From the NCBI GenBank assembly GCA_001643675.2, contig LSRY02000030.1:620001-684000 (forward strand): a DNA stretch of 64,000 nucleotides, written 5' to 3'. The translations under genes were made by a program, and so were the position numbers. Position 1 is the first letter of the stretch; each line of letters opens with the position of its first letter. Below the pieces are notes generated by a model. That model did no database searches. It was not told where the DNA came from and worked only from the letters and a program-made list of their open reading frames with translations. Positions 1 through 13,070 of this stretch are shown here, in pieces. The DNA comes from Monocercomonoides exilis PA203. Lineage: Eukaryota > Protista > Preaxostyla.

Positions 1-330
1 ATCCTTTTCTTCTTTCTTCTTTTCTTCTTCAATAATCATCTGTTCGAATCTTCTTCTCAGCGAAGATTTATCAAATCATGGATTCCACTCGTTTTTCAGC
101 ACATTGCAATATCCGACACACTTCAGAAGCAAAAGTGCATTTTCCATTGACATTTTCTTTTTTACTATCATTTTGTGAATTTTATTGAACAGTTTTATTG
201 TGAAAATTGATTTTAATTCATCTCCATTCATTTCATTAATCATTCTTTTCATTTCCTCCATTTTCTGCATTTGTTCATCTTCTCCGCAATCTTCAAGTCC
301 ATCAAACAATGCTTCAAAATTATAAAGAAA
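1..330 (-). pseudogene. N-terminal part of a lineage-specific helical repeat-family gene (FDGLEDC...EMN...KMI family), running off the window edge
   Basis: ORF 76..309 (FDGLEDCGEDEQMQKMEEMKRMINEMN...LFNKIHKMI..KKMSMENALLLLKCVGY) resembles 57982..58467 (EINETIDEMNDDEL..FNKIHEKIEEKKLTIENAIEILKHFG). It stops prematurely before the RRFEQMIIEEEK segment. Confidence 0.6.
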
Positions 331-1209
331 GAAAGAAATGCAGTTACCAGGAATTCAAATGTAACAATGGATGCAAACCAGTGAACTTTTCAGTGACGTT
401 CATTTCCTTCGACTTTTTGTTAAACGCATCGTTCAAAAGACATCAACATTTTAACCAATCCAAATGAAAAGAATAACCGAGACAGAGAATAAATGACAAA
501 TATAAAATTTACAAAACTATCTGGAAAATGTCTTTTCTCATACCACGCTTTTAATGAAAGCACTTTTGGCAAGGAATTGCAGAGAAAAAGAACGCTTAAT
601 CCTTTTTGGTTTGCTGTTATGGACGTTTTGATCAAAAATTTTGCAGAAATACAGGAAGATGAATAGAATAATTAGATATTATCAAATTCATTTTTTATAT
701 TAAATTATCCTATAGATCCAGCGAAGTTAAAAAATTATGGAAAAGAATTCAAAAAAAGAACATGCAATTCACACTACGAGAATTGGAAAAAACATTGATG
801 AAAAACATTTTATTTCAAAAAAGTTTATTATTTCGGCATTAACACACATTTTGGCAATAAGCAAAATCAATTTTGAATTCTTTTCATGAATATTTAATTT
901 CAAATTATGAAAAGAGAAACCTGCTTTCTGAACGAAAGCATTGGAGATCGAACAGATTTTTTTTAAAGAAATATTACGAATTAAAAAGATTCCATTTCCA
1001 AAGATACGAATAAACAATGATAATATGCAATATTTGAATGGTTTCACTCAATGAAAGAAGAAGTAATTTTTTTTAAAAATAGAAGGAGAAAGAAACAGTT
1101 TATCATTCATGAAAGAGATTCACTTTGTTTTGATAAAATAAGATTAATTAAAAGCTGTTCCGAAAAGGATTTTGTCAGATATTATCAAAATTAATATTCT
1201 TTTTTAAAC

Positions 1210-2243
1210 AGAAAAAAGGCTTGGAGGAGAGCACTTGTGTGTTCGTGTGTTTCTTCACTTCGTGATTGCTTACGAGAATTGATGGTGGAGGGATGTTTTG
1301 CTACGGTGTTCCATCTGCATTCAAAATGAGGAGCCTACAGTTTATTTCGTGCTCTGCAGCATCATATGGAGGAGGATTGGATTTCAGGCCATATCAATCA
1401 ACAGCTCCAAGCAACAACCTTTATTGCTATTTCTTCTTCTTCCACGATTGCAGTTGCAGTAATTCTACTTTATATGACCATGATGTGTATTTCTATGATG
1501 GATTCAATCTCTTTGATTCGAATAATCCGTTCTATGAATCATATACAACGAATAGCAATGATAAGAGAGTGTACTACCAATATTATAACGGAAACAACTG
1601 GGTGTATCAGGAAACACAAAAGAAGGGATGGCTGAAGGAAGGGATGAAGGATAGATTAGTTGGGGTGAATGGGAATGACGCAAACAATCTGTGTGGGATG
1701 AGTGAGGCAGCGCCGTGCAAGACAGTGGGGCATGCAGTGGGGTCGAGCATGGCGCAGCTGAGCTCCACAATCACGTTGCTGAGTGGGAGGCATGTGAGCG
1801 AAGAGAAGACGATCAATGTTGGGGAAAAGAAGATTTCCGTTGTTGGGAGAGGGAAAGCAGCGAGTGTGATTGGGACGAGTGAGCTTTCGACCTCTTCAAC
1901 AACGTTGTTTAGCGTATCTTCTGGCCAACTGGAGGTGGGGCGTGTGGGGATCGACCACAACGCGACAAGAAGCTCATCGCCGAGTATGTTTGTGGTGTCA
2001 CTGGGGAGCGGGACACTTTTGCTGGAGGATGTTTTGATCGACTCTTCTACATCAGGAGGGAGTGGAATCTCGTCATCAGCGTTTGAAGTTGCGCTGAGGC
2101 AGTTGAAAATGATTGATGTGGAGATAGAATATATGAAAATATCACAACCTCTTTTCGCTGAACCATCATCAGCAGAATCAACAAAAGGAGAAAGTTGCTG
2201 ATGAATGTGACAATTCGGAATGTGAATCGTGCTGGAGGAGATA
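1210..2243 (+). pseudogene. Fragment of a large beta-helix surface-protein gene, paralog of 17790..26960, interrupted by a TIR element
   Basis: ORF 1266..2201 aligns with the 3056-aa protein (FKMRSLQFISC vs FKMRNIQFILC; YCYFFFFHDC vs YCYFLFFYEC; CGMSEAAPCKTV vs CGANEKHPCLSV). It frameshifts near 2200, and the homology resumes at 9867. Confidence 0.85.
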
Positions 2244-2736
2244 CAGTGAGTGCTTTAGCCGATCCAAGTGCAAAACCCGATCCTTGCAAATATTTCTTTT
2301 TTCGTAAAAAATTATTTTAACTTTTCAAAGAAGCTATCTGGTGGTGAAATTACTTTTAACAAGTTCGCATTGGTTTTGGCAACAGATTTATTCTGTGAAG
2401 TTTCGGAATATTGGATTTTAAAACAATTTTCTAAGTTAAGAATATTTTCTGTTTTCATTGAGAAAGGATAAAATAAGAATTTTAAAAAAATTACCTGCGT
2501 GCTTAAAAATTGAAAAATTACTAATATTTTAACAATTTTTTATGATTTGAAATTGTCTGCAATTATTTTTCTCTTTTTCTTTGTTTGATCATGCCCATTA
2601 AGATGCGAAAAACAAATCCAAAGTTCTTCAGCATCTTTGAAAGATGTTTGCGACTATAACTTTGAATGTTTTTCGATGGAAATTAAGTTAAATAATTGTT
2701 GAACCTTTAAAATGCCCAGTTTTAATTTGTTTGTAT
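2244..2736 (+). repeat. Left TIR (493 bp)
   Basis: Reverse complement of 9372-9864. An identical shadow ORF (MQNPILANISFF...) appears at 2268(+) and 9840(-). Confidence 0.95.
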
Positions 2737-3899
2737 TTAAATTTCAATTTTTATTATTATTAGTTTAATTCTTTGTTTCTTATGTGTATTTATCTTTATA
2801 ATAATTAAACTTCGATACGCCACTGAATATAGAATTCATATTTAATATGCTCAATAAATCTGAATTATTTTTCGTTTTTATTATTGCATGTTTTTAAAAT
2901 TGAAAGATTTGTATTGTTTGGAATCCTTTCGATGATAATGACATTTTCATGTGAAATAGTGTTTTATTGTTTGTTAATAGATAATGTTTGCGAAGCCTAT
3001 ATTTCCATGAAAAAAAATATTTTCACCGTTTTTATTTTTCAAAAAATTTAACATTTCTTAGCAAATATGTATTTTTGTTTCATTTCAAACATAGATTATT
3101 GTTGCAAAAGCTGTTTTTTCTTTTATAAATTATATTATTGTGTTTCAAAAAATGTTATTTGCTTTGCTTAATGATTATTTTAATTAGCTCTTGTCAATTT
3201 CATTTTTCATACCAATTTTTCTTCTGAGGCAAATGTTGTTGACAATAACGTAACAATAATGAAAACAAATAATGCACAAATCTTTTCATCATTAAAGTAT
3301 TTGCTGAAGATGATAAAACTTTATTCAAAAAATGTTATTAGATCAATTTATTCATTGAGTTTCTTATGAAGAAAGATTTGTAATTTGGTGATTATTTTTT
3401 CACATCACAACATAACATTAATAATTATTAAGTTTTGCAAACTTGAAGAATAAATCTTTGATGTTTTTATCCTTGTCATTAATAAATAATGCCTTTGAAA
3501 TATTCAATTATCAATTTCGAATTTGATAATATGGGTGATTTTTTTTGTTATCATAAAAAAAGATCAAAAATTGAAAAAATAAATTCTAATGTGGTATTTA
3601 TTGATCAAAAATCAAATTGATTTATTGTAAGTATTTAGCTTTTATTTCTGTAATATATATTTGTTTTATGTATATATTCAAAAAAGCATACCTTTTTTCA
3701 TTAAAAAGAGTTTTTTGATCAAGTTTCAAAAAAAAAAAAAATGAAAAATCAATCTTTAAAAGGAAAATAAAAAGTTACAGTATTTGTATTGTTATACAAA
3801 TGCTGAAAGAACATTACAAATAAAGATTGGAGAATATTTCAATGAAGATTAGAAAATTAAAAATTTTAAAGGATGATAAACGTTTGTTTTCTCCAGTTC

Positions 3900-5000
3900 T
3901 TCAGCGAAAATTGTTTTGTCATATCTATCTTCCAGCTATGAGGCTCAACAGTTTCAGCAAAAGTTGAACGAAATTGATGAACATCAGATAACGCTAAGAA
4001 CAACAACTATCTCCACCTATTTGCTTCTATCTTTATTCTTCCTATTTAATTCACTTCTTGCTTCCTTCTCCATCTGCCACTCATATTCCTTCCATTTCCG
4101 CTCTTCCTCAACTTAATCCTCAATTCAAAAATACCACTAAAATTGAAAACTTCCCTCTCCAATGTTTTCTACCATTATTTCTCCACGTCAATCTGTTATT
4201 CAAAAACCTTTTATTGATATTGATTGCTCTTTCTTCTCTTCTCAATCCAATATCCAACTAAATTCTCTTCTTACTTCCATTATTCTTCCTTTAAAAAATT
4301 TTTGCAATATTCTCTCTGTCTCGTTTTCATTTTCCATTCATCTTTGATAGTTCCATCATCCTCAATAAGCACAATATTTTCTTCCTTTCTTCCCTTTCCA
4401 TTATCAACTGCACCAAAAACAGCATCATCATAACATAGCTGAACCAAAAAACTGCAACCAATGGTGGGCGCATCTCATTTGCCTCATCTGCCCCTGCCAA
4501 CACATTTTCTGTGAGTGACACCATCTTCTCCAGCTGTTGTGTGAGCGAGGATACAAGTTCTGGAGGAAGAGGCGGCGCTCTCATGATCGAGTACAAGGAT
4601 GATTCAGAAGTGTCATCCACAACCTTTTCCATCACCAATATCGTGTTTTCAGCCAACAAGGCCAGCGTCGGAAGAGATGTGTATTTTGTGTGCGAATCCC
4701 TTGTCGCTTCTGTGAAGGAACCCTTGTTCGCCTTCATGCTCAGCATCACAAAAAAATATAATCCAGTTGTTGGACATGTTTGAACAAATGCATTTGGCAA
4801 CTGGAATGTCGATTTGATAATATTTCTTGATGGGCAGACATCTGACAATAAATATGTGGATAATCATCTTGGCAACAAAGCAATGTATTGCTGGCTATCA
4901 AAAATACACTTCAAGAGCACACACAATGCGAAGGAGCTTCTGAAGAAGGCGCAGAACATAAGACAGAGATTTTTGAGTGAGTTGATTTGTCTGTGGATTT
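3900..5000 (+). pseudogene. Decayed surface-protein fragment (cargo)
   Basis: GGRGGALMI...ITNIVFSANKASVGRDVYFVCESLVASVKEPLFAFM motif, typical of this family (compare NKAQYGKDMFVEC). Homologous to 62200-63070 on the minus strand. Confidence 0.75.
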
Positions 5001-6499
5001 ATGTGTGTGAAAACCAAATGGAGGAATGGAGATTATATAAAGTTGAAGAAGAAGAGGTAGCAACAATTGGAGAAAGTGTGGAAGTTCAGATGAAGTTGAA
5101 TTGAAGCGAAACGATTAATCCTCTTCTTTTCAGTATAGAAAATCATTATTATTTCATTCACCACTCCTAAAATATCTTCTTTTCTATCTTTCTTATTAAA
5201 TTTCATACGGACAGCGCCATTCGTTGTCAAATGTTCAAACCCTTCTTTCCTCTCTTTAACTTTCTCTATTCATCATGAAACATTTTTTCACCAAAACATT
5301 TGTTCAATCACATTTGTAACAATTATCCAATCACACTTCTCCCTCTTCTCCTTCTACATAACAATCATATTTAACAAGAATAACTTTTTCTTCTTCTTCA
5401 ATTGCTCCTTCATTAACTTCATCTTCATTCATTTTATCTCCTTCATCTCCTTCCCCTTCTCCTTCTTCTTCCTCTTTTTATTCCTCCTCCTCCTCTTCTC
5501 CTTCTTCTCCTTCTTCTCCCTCTCTTTCTTTCAACACATAAGAAAATAGATCTTAATTCTCTTAACTATCTCAATTTGAACTTTCTAATTACTTTCTCAT
5601 TTCGCTCATACGCAGAATCTTCACTCTTCTGCGTCTTGTTGAAGCTTTGCGGAATTTTTGTTTCTTTTCTTTTGCTTCCTCCTACGCTAAGTGAGTTAAA
5701 ATATTCGTTGAATTCGATTCATCCAGTTATCTTCGCTTCTCTCTGCTCTTATTATGCTTATGTTCCATTGTTTTAGCATCCACTTCATCTCTCTTTTCCT
5801 TTTTCTCATTTCTCGTGAATATATCTTCTACATTTTACTCATCATTATCATCATTATTATTTCTTTAATCGTATCTTCTCCTTTCCTTCCTTCACTTCCT
5901 CTTTTTTCTTTTTAATCTCATCCTCCTATCAGATTGTTAAATTAGCTGCATTTTGTGTTGTGTTTCAGAAGAATGACTTCTCACACCTGAATATCACCAT
6001 CCGCGAACATTTTTGCAATACAGGGGTCATCTGCAGAAAGTTGTTGTGCTGCTGATGCAGAAATCGATAATTGATCTTGTGATGGGGTTGCTAAAGGAGA
6101 ACATCGAGATGAAGATATTTGGCTCATTGCTATGGTGAAAGTGCTGGACAACTAGGATGCAACGACCTGGGGCTTCAGCTGTGCTCGCTGGACTGGCTTG
6201 TGAGGAAAATGTGAATAGATTCGCTGTTCAGGCCAAGAGAAAGAGAGTCATTTTATATGTAAATTCCATGTAGTGTGCTATTAGTGATGGTCATTTCATT
6301 GTTGCATAATGTGTTGCTGAAGGAGCCTTGTTGAAGTTCGAAGTGCTTCTGCTTATTGAACATGCCTCAAGTGTCGCTGAAGAGCGAAAGTGGAAAACTG
6401 ATGAGCTTTCAAGAGTCAATGGAACCCCACTCTGGGCAATGGTTTCTTTGGCTGTTTCACTCGCTGCGCTGCTGTTTCACTATGATAGGTTACCACAGA

Positions 6500-8400
6500 G
6501 CTGATTCAGCGAGATTAAGGTGAAGAAAATGTGAATCATGCTTTAGAAACTTTCTGGTTGATTTGTGATAGAAGAAGCAGAAGAAGAAGGAAATATGTTC
6601 CGCAAGGGATCCGCCGAGGAGGCAGTAGAAGGAAGAGCGGGCAAATACGAAGGAAAAGCGGCAGCTGATGAGGATGCAGTTGTTGAAAAAAGCGACAACG
6701 GCAACGAGAAAGTTGTGGCGAAGTGAACAGGGACAAGATTTCCAGAGGTTCAATCTACTCGCACGTCAGCAAGAGAGATATGGGTGTCGAAGAAAAAGGA
6801 GGCGAAGATTCAGAAGGCGTTGTCGATGGTGCGGTAGAAATAGAGTACGACTGTGAAGAGTGAAGCGCAGGAGGCAAGCGGGGAGCATCACGGAAGGCAA
6901 AAGAGATGATGTCTTGGTCGACGAATATCTGTTGGGCGCGTAAGAAGGTGATGAAGGGGAGAAGTTCGATATCTGCATCGAAATCCAAATCAAAATCGGA
7001 ATGGGAGGAGTCGGAACTACAGTTTGATGTGTTTGTATCGAGGGAGGGCTGTGTGAAGTCGATGGAAAGGAGGGACTCGTTGATCTGGGCGGGGATGGAG
7101 GAGCACCGGAAATAATCATCCTTTCCCATAAAGGCAGCATTCAAGGCGAAATGGATGTTGAGGATGAAAAGAGAGGCAGAGGTGTTTGCATGCTTGGGAT
7201 CGTTGACAAACAGCCCACTAACTCTTTCTGTTGTTTGGGAGCAGTTGCCCAGGTGGAGGATGCATGCTCACATTAACAGCAGCAATTTCTTGCAAAATAG
7301 AATAAATGATCGATAACCAGAGAGCAGTCCAGTACCCATATGCGCTGAAGTCCAAGCCTGTTTCTCAGTCAACAAACACCTTGCTGGTCATGTTGGTCCA
7401 GAAATATACAACAAGCAGGAAGGAATCCTGAAGCAGGATTTCGCCGGTTCGAATCTGTTGAACTCGTCAAGGGAGCTCAGATTGGTGCTGGTTATGGTCC
7501 AGTTGAAATAATCGGTATCCACCACAACCGACAGAATGCTATCCGACACAAACACCTTTTTTCTTTTCCACTCATCACATCCGGCAAACACAACCACTTC
7601 AAGTGTAAACTGCTTGGTAGTATCTACTGCTCCAAAGAGCATCTCGCAACCCAGGCCAGAGCTTTGTTCCTGCCTCCATTTGTAGAAGCTGTTTCTTCTT
7701 TGAAGGACGAATCATAAATCAGTAAGACATTCTCTACCTCCAGCTCGGCTGCAACACCACCATCTCTGGTATTCGTTTGGTCCCTCATTTCCTACCCTGC
7801 CTCGCCTCTTCAAACCCCTGCCATATTCACCAGCCCGCCGTCTCAACTTCACGTCTGTAAATGATTAAAAATCATTTTGCTTCCCTTCACAATGCTGCAG
7901 TCTGTGCACTCTGTTGGTAAAAATATGATGCTAGCAACTTCGTCCAGTATTTTGAAGCCGCTCAGAATCGAACTTTATGATCCTAGTGTTATCAGCCAGA
8001 AGATCAACCTCTCCACATTTCCAAGTTGCAAGCTGCGACTTGCGTTGCACTATTAGCGTGGCTATTCTAACTTTTAGCTGTGCAAGTGGCACAATGAACC
8101 AAAAGCTGTCAAAATTTTGGATCAAATTTTTGTTCAGAAAATTATTAATCATCAGTTAATACAGTGTTGTCTGTGAATTTGGAAGATGGATAATTTTTTC
8201 AAAAAGGCAAGTGCAGAAAAGCAGTGGATGACGTTGTCAGTCAGACAATAAATGGGTGAACCTAAAAGGAGGAAGTGGTAGAAGTGTCGTTGAAGAAGAA
8301 GCTTGAGAAAGATGAAAGAGAAGAAGAATGGATGCCTGTGAGGAAATCATAAATATGCTAAGGAAGTTTAAGATTTATCTGAAACTGAACTTCTTGAACT
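6500..8400 (-). pseudogene. Decayed surface-protein fragment (cargo)
   Basis: FALNAAFMGKDDYFRCSSIPAQINESLLSIDF resembles FVMNEAHVGKDIFVRCHSIARQINETLFALNY of the 3056-aa gene. LYFWTNMTSKVFVD*ETGLDFSA resembles VYLWRNWSGDGFVSREKGGDFSG. Many stops and frameshifts. Confidence 0.7.
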
Positions 8401-9371
8401 GTGTTGCCTTTTCCTTTGCATTTTTAAAACAAAAATTTTCAATAACATTTTTTGATCAGTTTATTTGGAAATTCATTTTATTAAGTAAAACAAACACAAC
8501 TCATAGTTTTTTTGATAAATGTTATTCATAACAACACATTTATGTTTCATATGCTTTTGAAAAAATGTTGTTTTCAGCAAATTATATTAAAATTAACAAA
8601 CAAATTTCAAATTTTCTTTTCAGAAACGTCATAACACAAATTTTTCAAATATTAAGATTGATAACGTTTCAATGATAATTGTTATTATAATTTTTAAATA
8701 AGAAAACTTAAGTTTTGATGTGTTCATGGAAGTTTTGTATTTTTTTGCATAAATGTTATTATTTTTAAAAATATGAAACAAAAAGTTTAAAAAAACAAAT
8801 TAAAATCTTCAATTAATTGATAATAATAAAATATTAAACAATTTTCGAATAATTTAAATAAAAAAACTTTCATATCAACCCCACCCTTAATGAAATAATT
8901 TTTTGATCAATCGTCGGAATTTTTTATGATATCAAAAATAATCACCCATATTCGTATCAAATTTATTGAAATTATTCTCAACACAAAAACCAAGAATTAA
9001 TGTGTAACAACATTATTAGAGATAAAAAAGAGTTTTCTTGATAATAACTGTTATGTTGAGAAAATATAAAATTGATAAAAGAGATAATAATTTACAAATC
9101 AGAAAAATTTGAAATTTGTGAACTTAACAAGTGAATTTACAATTACACTTATATTGAAAACTTTAATAAAAATTATGATATAATGCACTTCACATTGCAT
9201 ATTTACAAAAAATAGTTTTTCAATAAAAACAAACTTCAGAAAAAAATTGACTCCATCACAATGCGTATGTTCAATGCTCTTATGAAAGAAAAAACAATAA
9301 GATGTCACTTATATAAAATTTAAACAATCACAAAAAATTAACAACATATTTTTAACAAAAACTCAACACAT

Positions 9372-9864
9372 ATACAAACAAATTAAAACTGGGCATTTTA
9401 AAGGTTCAACAATTATTTAACTTAATTTCCATCGAAAAACATTCAAAGTTATAGTCGCAAACATCTTTCAAAGATGCTGAAGAACTTTGGATTTGTTTTT
9501 CGCATCTTAATGGGCATGATCAAACAAAGAAAAAGAGAAAAATAATTGCAGACAATTTCAAATCATAAAAAATTGTTAAAATATTAGTAATTTTTCAATT
9601 TTTAAGCACGCAGGTAATTTTTTTAAAATTCTTATTTTATCCTTTCTCAATGAAAACAGAAAATATTCTTAACTTAGAAAATTGTTTTAAAATCCAATAT
9701 TCCGAAACTTCACAGAATAAATCTGTTGCCAAAACCAATGCGAACTTGTTAAAAGTAATTTCACCACCAGATAGCTTCTTTGAAAAGTTAAAATAATTTT
9801 TTACGAAAAAAGAAATATTTGCAAGGATCGGGTTTTGCACTTGGATCGGCTAAAGCACTCACTG
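9372..9864 (-). repeat. Right TIR (493 bp)
   Basis: Reverse complement of 2244-2736. Confidence 0.95.
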
Positions 9865-11006
9865 TAAGGTGGTGATGACAAAGAGCTAAAAGGCAAGAGA
9901 GACATATTTTTCTCGGAACACGAGAGTGCAATGGAGCTCATTCAAATCGTGTTTGAAAGGGCTGCGTCAGCAAGAATTTTTATCATCGATGTTTTAAATT
10001 TTTCATGATTTTGAACAAAAAATAACAATTTTTTTTGTTTTGGTAAAACCATCCAAATCAACAAATAACCACTTGAAGTCTTTAATACAAAACTCAAAAT
10101 ATAAAATAAACATGAAACACTTCAAATGCTTTAATTCCTGAAAACAAAATTTGATAAAAGTCAATTATCTGTTTGAACATTTGGAATAAAAAAATGTTTC
10201 TGAAACGTGCATCTGTGAAGTTATCAATAAATTCTTGCCAATAGAATAAATAACTTTCTGCTATTATACCAGTTTTATTCAATTTTTTTGTTTACGAGGC
10301 ATGTTTAATGAAAAATATTTGAATGAAAAAATGCCAAGATTTTCTCACAGATAGCTTTTTCAAATAAATACATATAAAAATCAAAAAACATTGAATTGGA
10401 ATTAGCATTTCTTTAAAAACAAAACAGTTATTCAAAGGACTGATGTTGAAATGAAGAAAAGAAAAAAGACGACAAATTCTCTCCAATAAACGAGTCTTTT
10501 GCTTTTCATCTCGGAGCATCTGTTGTTATTACAATAATTGAAACATGCTCATCTTGTATATTTCTTTTGATACACAGCTGAACGACAGAAACAACAAGTT
10601 AATCAAAAAATAATTTGTAATGGTGATATTGAAGATCAATTTTTGAGTTTTTGTCTCAGAATATAGATAACAATGAAATAAAACAAACAAAAAGGAGAAT
10701 TACAATTAATTGCAGCAAGAGAAAAAAATAATAATACTTTATTTGTGTATACTCAACAAAACTGACTTTTTATTCAAAAGTATTAGAAAGACTCAAAAAT
10801 CTTTGAAAAACTCAAAATTACTGGGTTATTTCAAAATAACTTGATCATTTCAAATTTTTTCAAATATTTCGCATTTCATCTATTTAAAACAATTGTGAAA
10901 AAAAAAATTAAAAGACGTTTCAATAATCATTAACAATATGGGTATAAGGAAGCTTTATTTCAATCAACCTAACATATTTTAAACAATTTTGCTCATTTGA
11001 ATAAAC

Positions 11007-13070
11007 TCACTTTATTCTCATTTTATCAATTTTAACCAAATTCTTTTTCATTGCTTTGATATTCCCAATGTAGCCTCTATCATATTTTTCCTTTCTTCGA
11101 TACGTGATCAGGTCAACTATATCTGTGCAACCTTCTTCCTCAAAAAGCTCTGCTAAATGAACACATCGCATAACAGCCATTTTCACTTCACTTGTGCTAT
11201 ATTTTTTAATAAAGTTATTTTTAAACCCAAAAATTCCTGATTGCTCATCCGATGAATTCTTTTCTTCCTCCAATTGATTGCTGAGATACGAAGACATTTC
11301 CATAAACATTTCTGTTAAATTCGTCACAAATCTTCTCAGAAATTCCAATCGGATAAATAATCCAGTGGTGTACAGAACAAAATCGAATGCACATGAAAAT
11401 ATATCTGGATATTTTGAGAGCTCAAACACAGTGTGCTTTGAATTCAAAAGTTCATTCAAAATTAAGCCCAAATAGCTCCTCCATGAATGCTTCGCGTACT
11501 TGATTGCAGGAGGCAAATCATGATTAGATACAAAATGAGAAGAGAAATAAATTGTATTTTTCTTCACTGCACGCATGCAAACAACCAAAAACTCCCGATA
11601 CTCCGTAGTCCCCACCAATCGCACCAAATTCTTCACTTTTTTAGTCGAATTGAAAATAAAATACACAACTGACGATAATGGATCTTTATATCCGTATTTT
11701 GCAATATATTCAGTTTGTTTCAAGTAGTAATCGAATGAAACTATTCTTTTAGTAGAATTGAAATAATCATCCCTCATTGGGTTCAAGTGAATCCCTTTTG
11801 TCTGCACCAAAAGAGGCTGAATGCACACAAACGAGAGAGGAATAAAACAATAATTTGGAGTTGATTGATGATATAAGCAACTTATCCGGCAAGCAGGTTT
11901 CGTTTGTTTTCTTTCTCTTGTTTCTTTGCCTTTCAGCTGACAAACCGAAGAATTCATATTCTTTCCAGGATTTTGCAATGAAACAACTTTGCGTCCAGAA
12001 ACAATAGATTTTGTACGTGCCGAACCTGAAATCTTCGCTTTTGAGATTGGTTTTTGAGGAGACGATGAAACAGAAGACGAGCTTGCAGAGCTTGTTGGCT
12101 TGACATTTAATGCTGAATTTGACGTTGTTGAAGAAGTACAAATTGAATTGGTGTCTGACGACGAAGCAAACTGCCCTGATTCGCTACCATTTAACGAAGA
12201 AGATTGCTGAGTGCACTTGAAACCATCTTCAGGAAACTTGCTGAACCATTCTCTAATAAGTGAATAACATAATTCCATCATCATTTGAACTCTCTCTTTT
12301 CCAAATAATGCAATTGGCTCACAATAATAACCAATAATTGAATTTAGTGATTCAATACACAGCCATTGATGAAATGGTGGAAGAGAACATGCATTATTCA
12401 GCAAAGAAGTTAAAATTTTTTCTCCTTTCTTTTCCTTTATTAATTTAGAAACTGAAATGCATATCAACAGAAATTGATAAATCCAAGCGATCAAAAAATT
12501 ATAAAACAATTCCAAACCGTTCTCTGAAAATTTCAAAAAGGAGAAGCACGTAATAAAAGAGTCTTCTTCGTTTAATGGTTTATTCAAAAGATTTTCAAAA
12601 GCATCGGCAATTGTACTCGTTTCTTCAAATGACAAATCGAAATTAACCATTGCTATAATGCGAGCAATTATGTTTTTTAAGCGCTGAGGCGTTCTTCGCG
12701 AAACTATTTGGTTCAGAAGTATTTTTTTCATATGAGAACGCTCAAAAATAGATCTAATTTTAGCTTCGCAATATAATGAGCACGACGATGACGCTTTAAA
12801 AGCAATAAGCTCCAAAAGGGAAAGAATTGAACTTTTTAATTCTACTGAAGGATTTTCAATATAAGTTGAAAGCATTCCAAATGAATCGGTTGTAAATTTT
12901 CGAACTTTGCAAAGAGGAATGCTTGCCAGACGCATTCCAAGCTGTTGAATAATGTTTTGTTGAACTTTTTCATTATTCTTCTGTGTAAAATAATAAACTG
13001 TCTCTTCAAAAGATAATTCTTTTCCAAAAGTGCTTTCAAAATCTTCTTTTTCTTTAGCCCTTCGAATCAA
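11007..13070 (-). CDS. Hypothetical helical protein with a Ser-rich linker; 5' exon and introns uncertain
   Basis: 687-codon open frame in very AT-rich DNA. The called start is non-ATG, so an upstream exon is likely. The C-terminal ELFEEEGCTDIV echoes the KMEEEGLEDII motif of the helical family. Confidence 0.65.
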   Translation of the reverse strand: MIRRAKEKEDFESTFGKELSFEETVYYFTQKNNEKVQQNIIQQLGMRLASIPLCKVRKFTTDSFGMLSTYIENPSVELKSSILSLLELIAFKASSSCSLYCEAKIRSIFERSHMKKILLNQIVSRRTPQRLKNIIARIIAMVNFDLSFEETSTIADAFENLLNKPLNEEDSFITCFSFLKFSENGLELFYNFLIAWIYQFLLICISVSKLIKEKKGEKILTSLLNNACSLPPFHQWLCIESLNSIIGYYCEPIALFGKERVQMMMELCYSLIREWFSKFPEDGFKCTQQSSSLNGSESGQFASSSDTNSICTSSTTSNSALNVKPTSSASSSSVSSSPQKPISKAKISGSARTKSIVSGRKVVSLQNPGKNMNSSVCQLKGKETRERKQTKPACRISCLYHQSTPNYCFIPLSFVCIQPLLVQTKGIHLNPMRDDYFNSTKRIVSFDYYLKQTEYIAKYGYKDPLSSVVYFIFNSTKKVKNLVRLVGTTEYREFLVVCMRAVKKNTIYFSSHFVSNHDLPPAIKYAKHSWRSYLGLILNELLNSKHTVFELSKYPDIFSCAFDFVLYTTGLFIRLEFLRRFVTNLTEMFMEMSSYLSNQLEEEKNSSDEQSGIFGFKNNFIKKYSTSEVKMAVMRCVHLAELFEEEGCTDIVDLITYRRKEKYDRGYIGNIKAMKKNLVKIDKMRIK

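Larger units (their letters stand above)
2244..9864. mobile_element. 7.6-kb non-autonomous TA-targeting (Tc1/mariner-type, CAGT.. ends) TIR element carrying gene-fragment cargo
   Basis: 493-bp near-perfect TIRs (2244-2736 and 9372-9864) begin CAGTGAGTGCTTTAGCCGATCC. TA lies on both sides (2242-43, 9865-66). The joined flanks restore the host reading frame. No transposase is visible inside. Confidence 0.9.

Noticed and set aside
2268-2471. Duplicated 67-aa ORF (also 9637..9840)
   Set aside because: It is simply the TIR sequence read on each strand.
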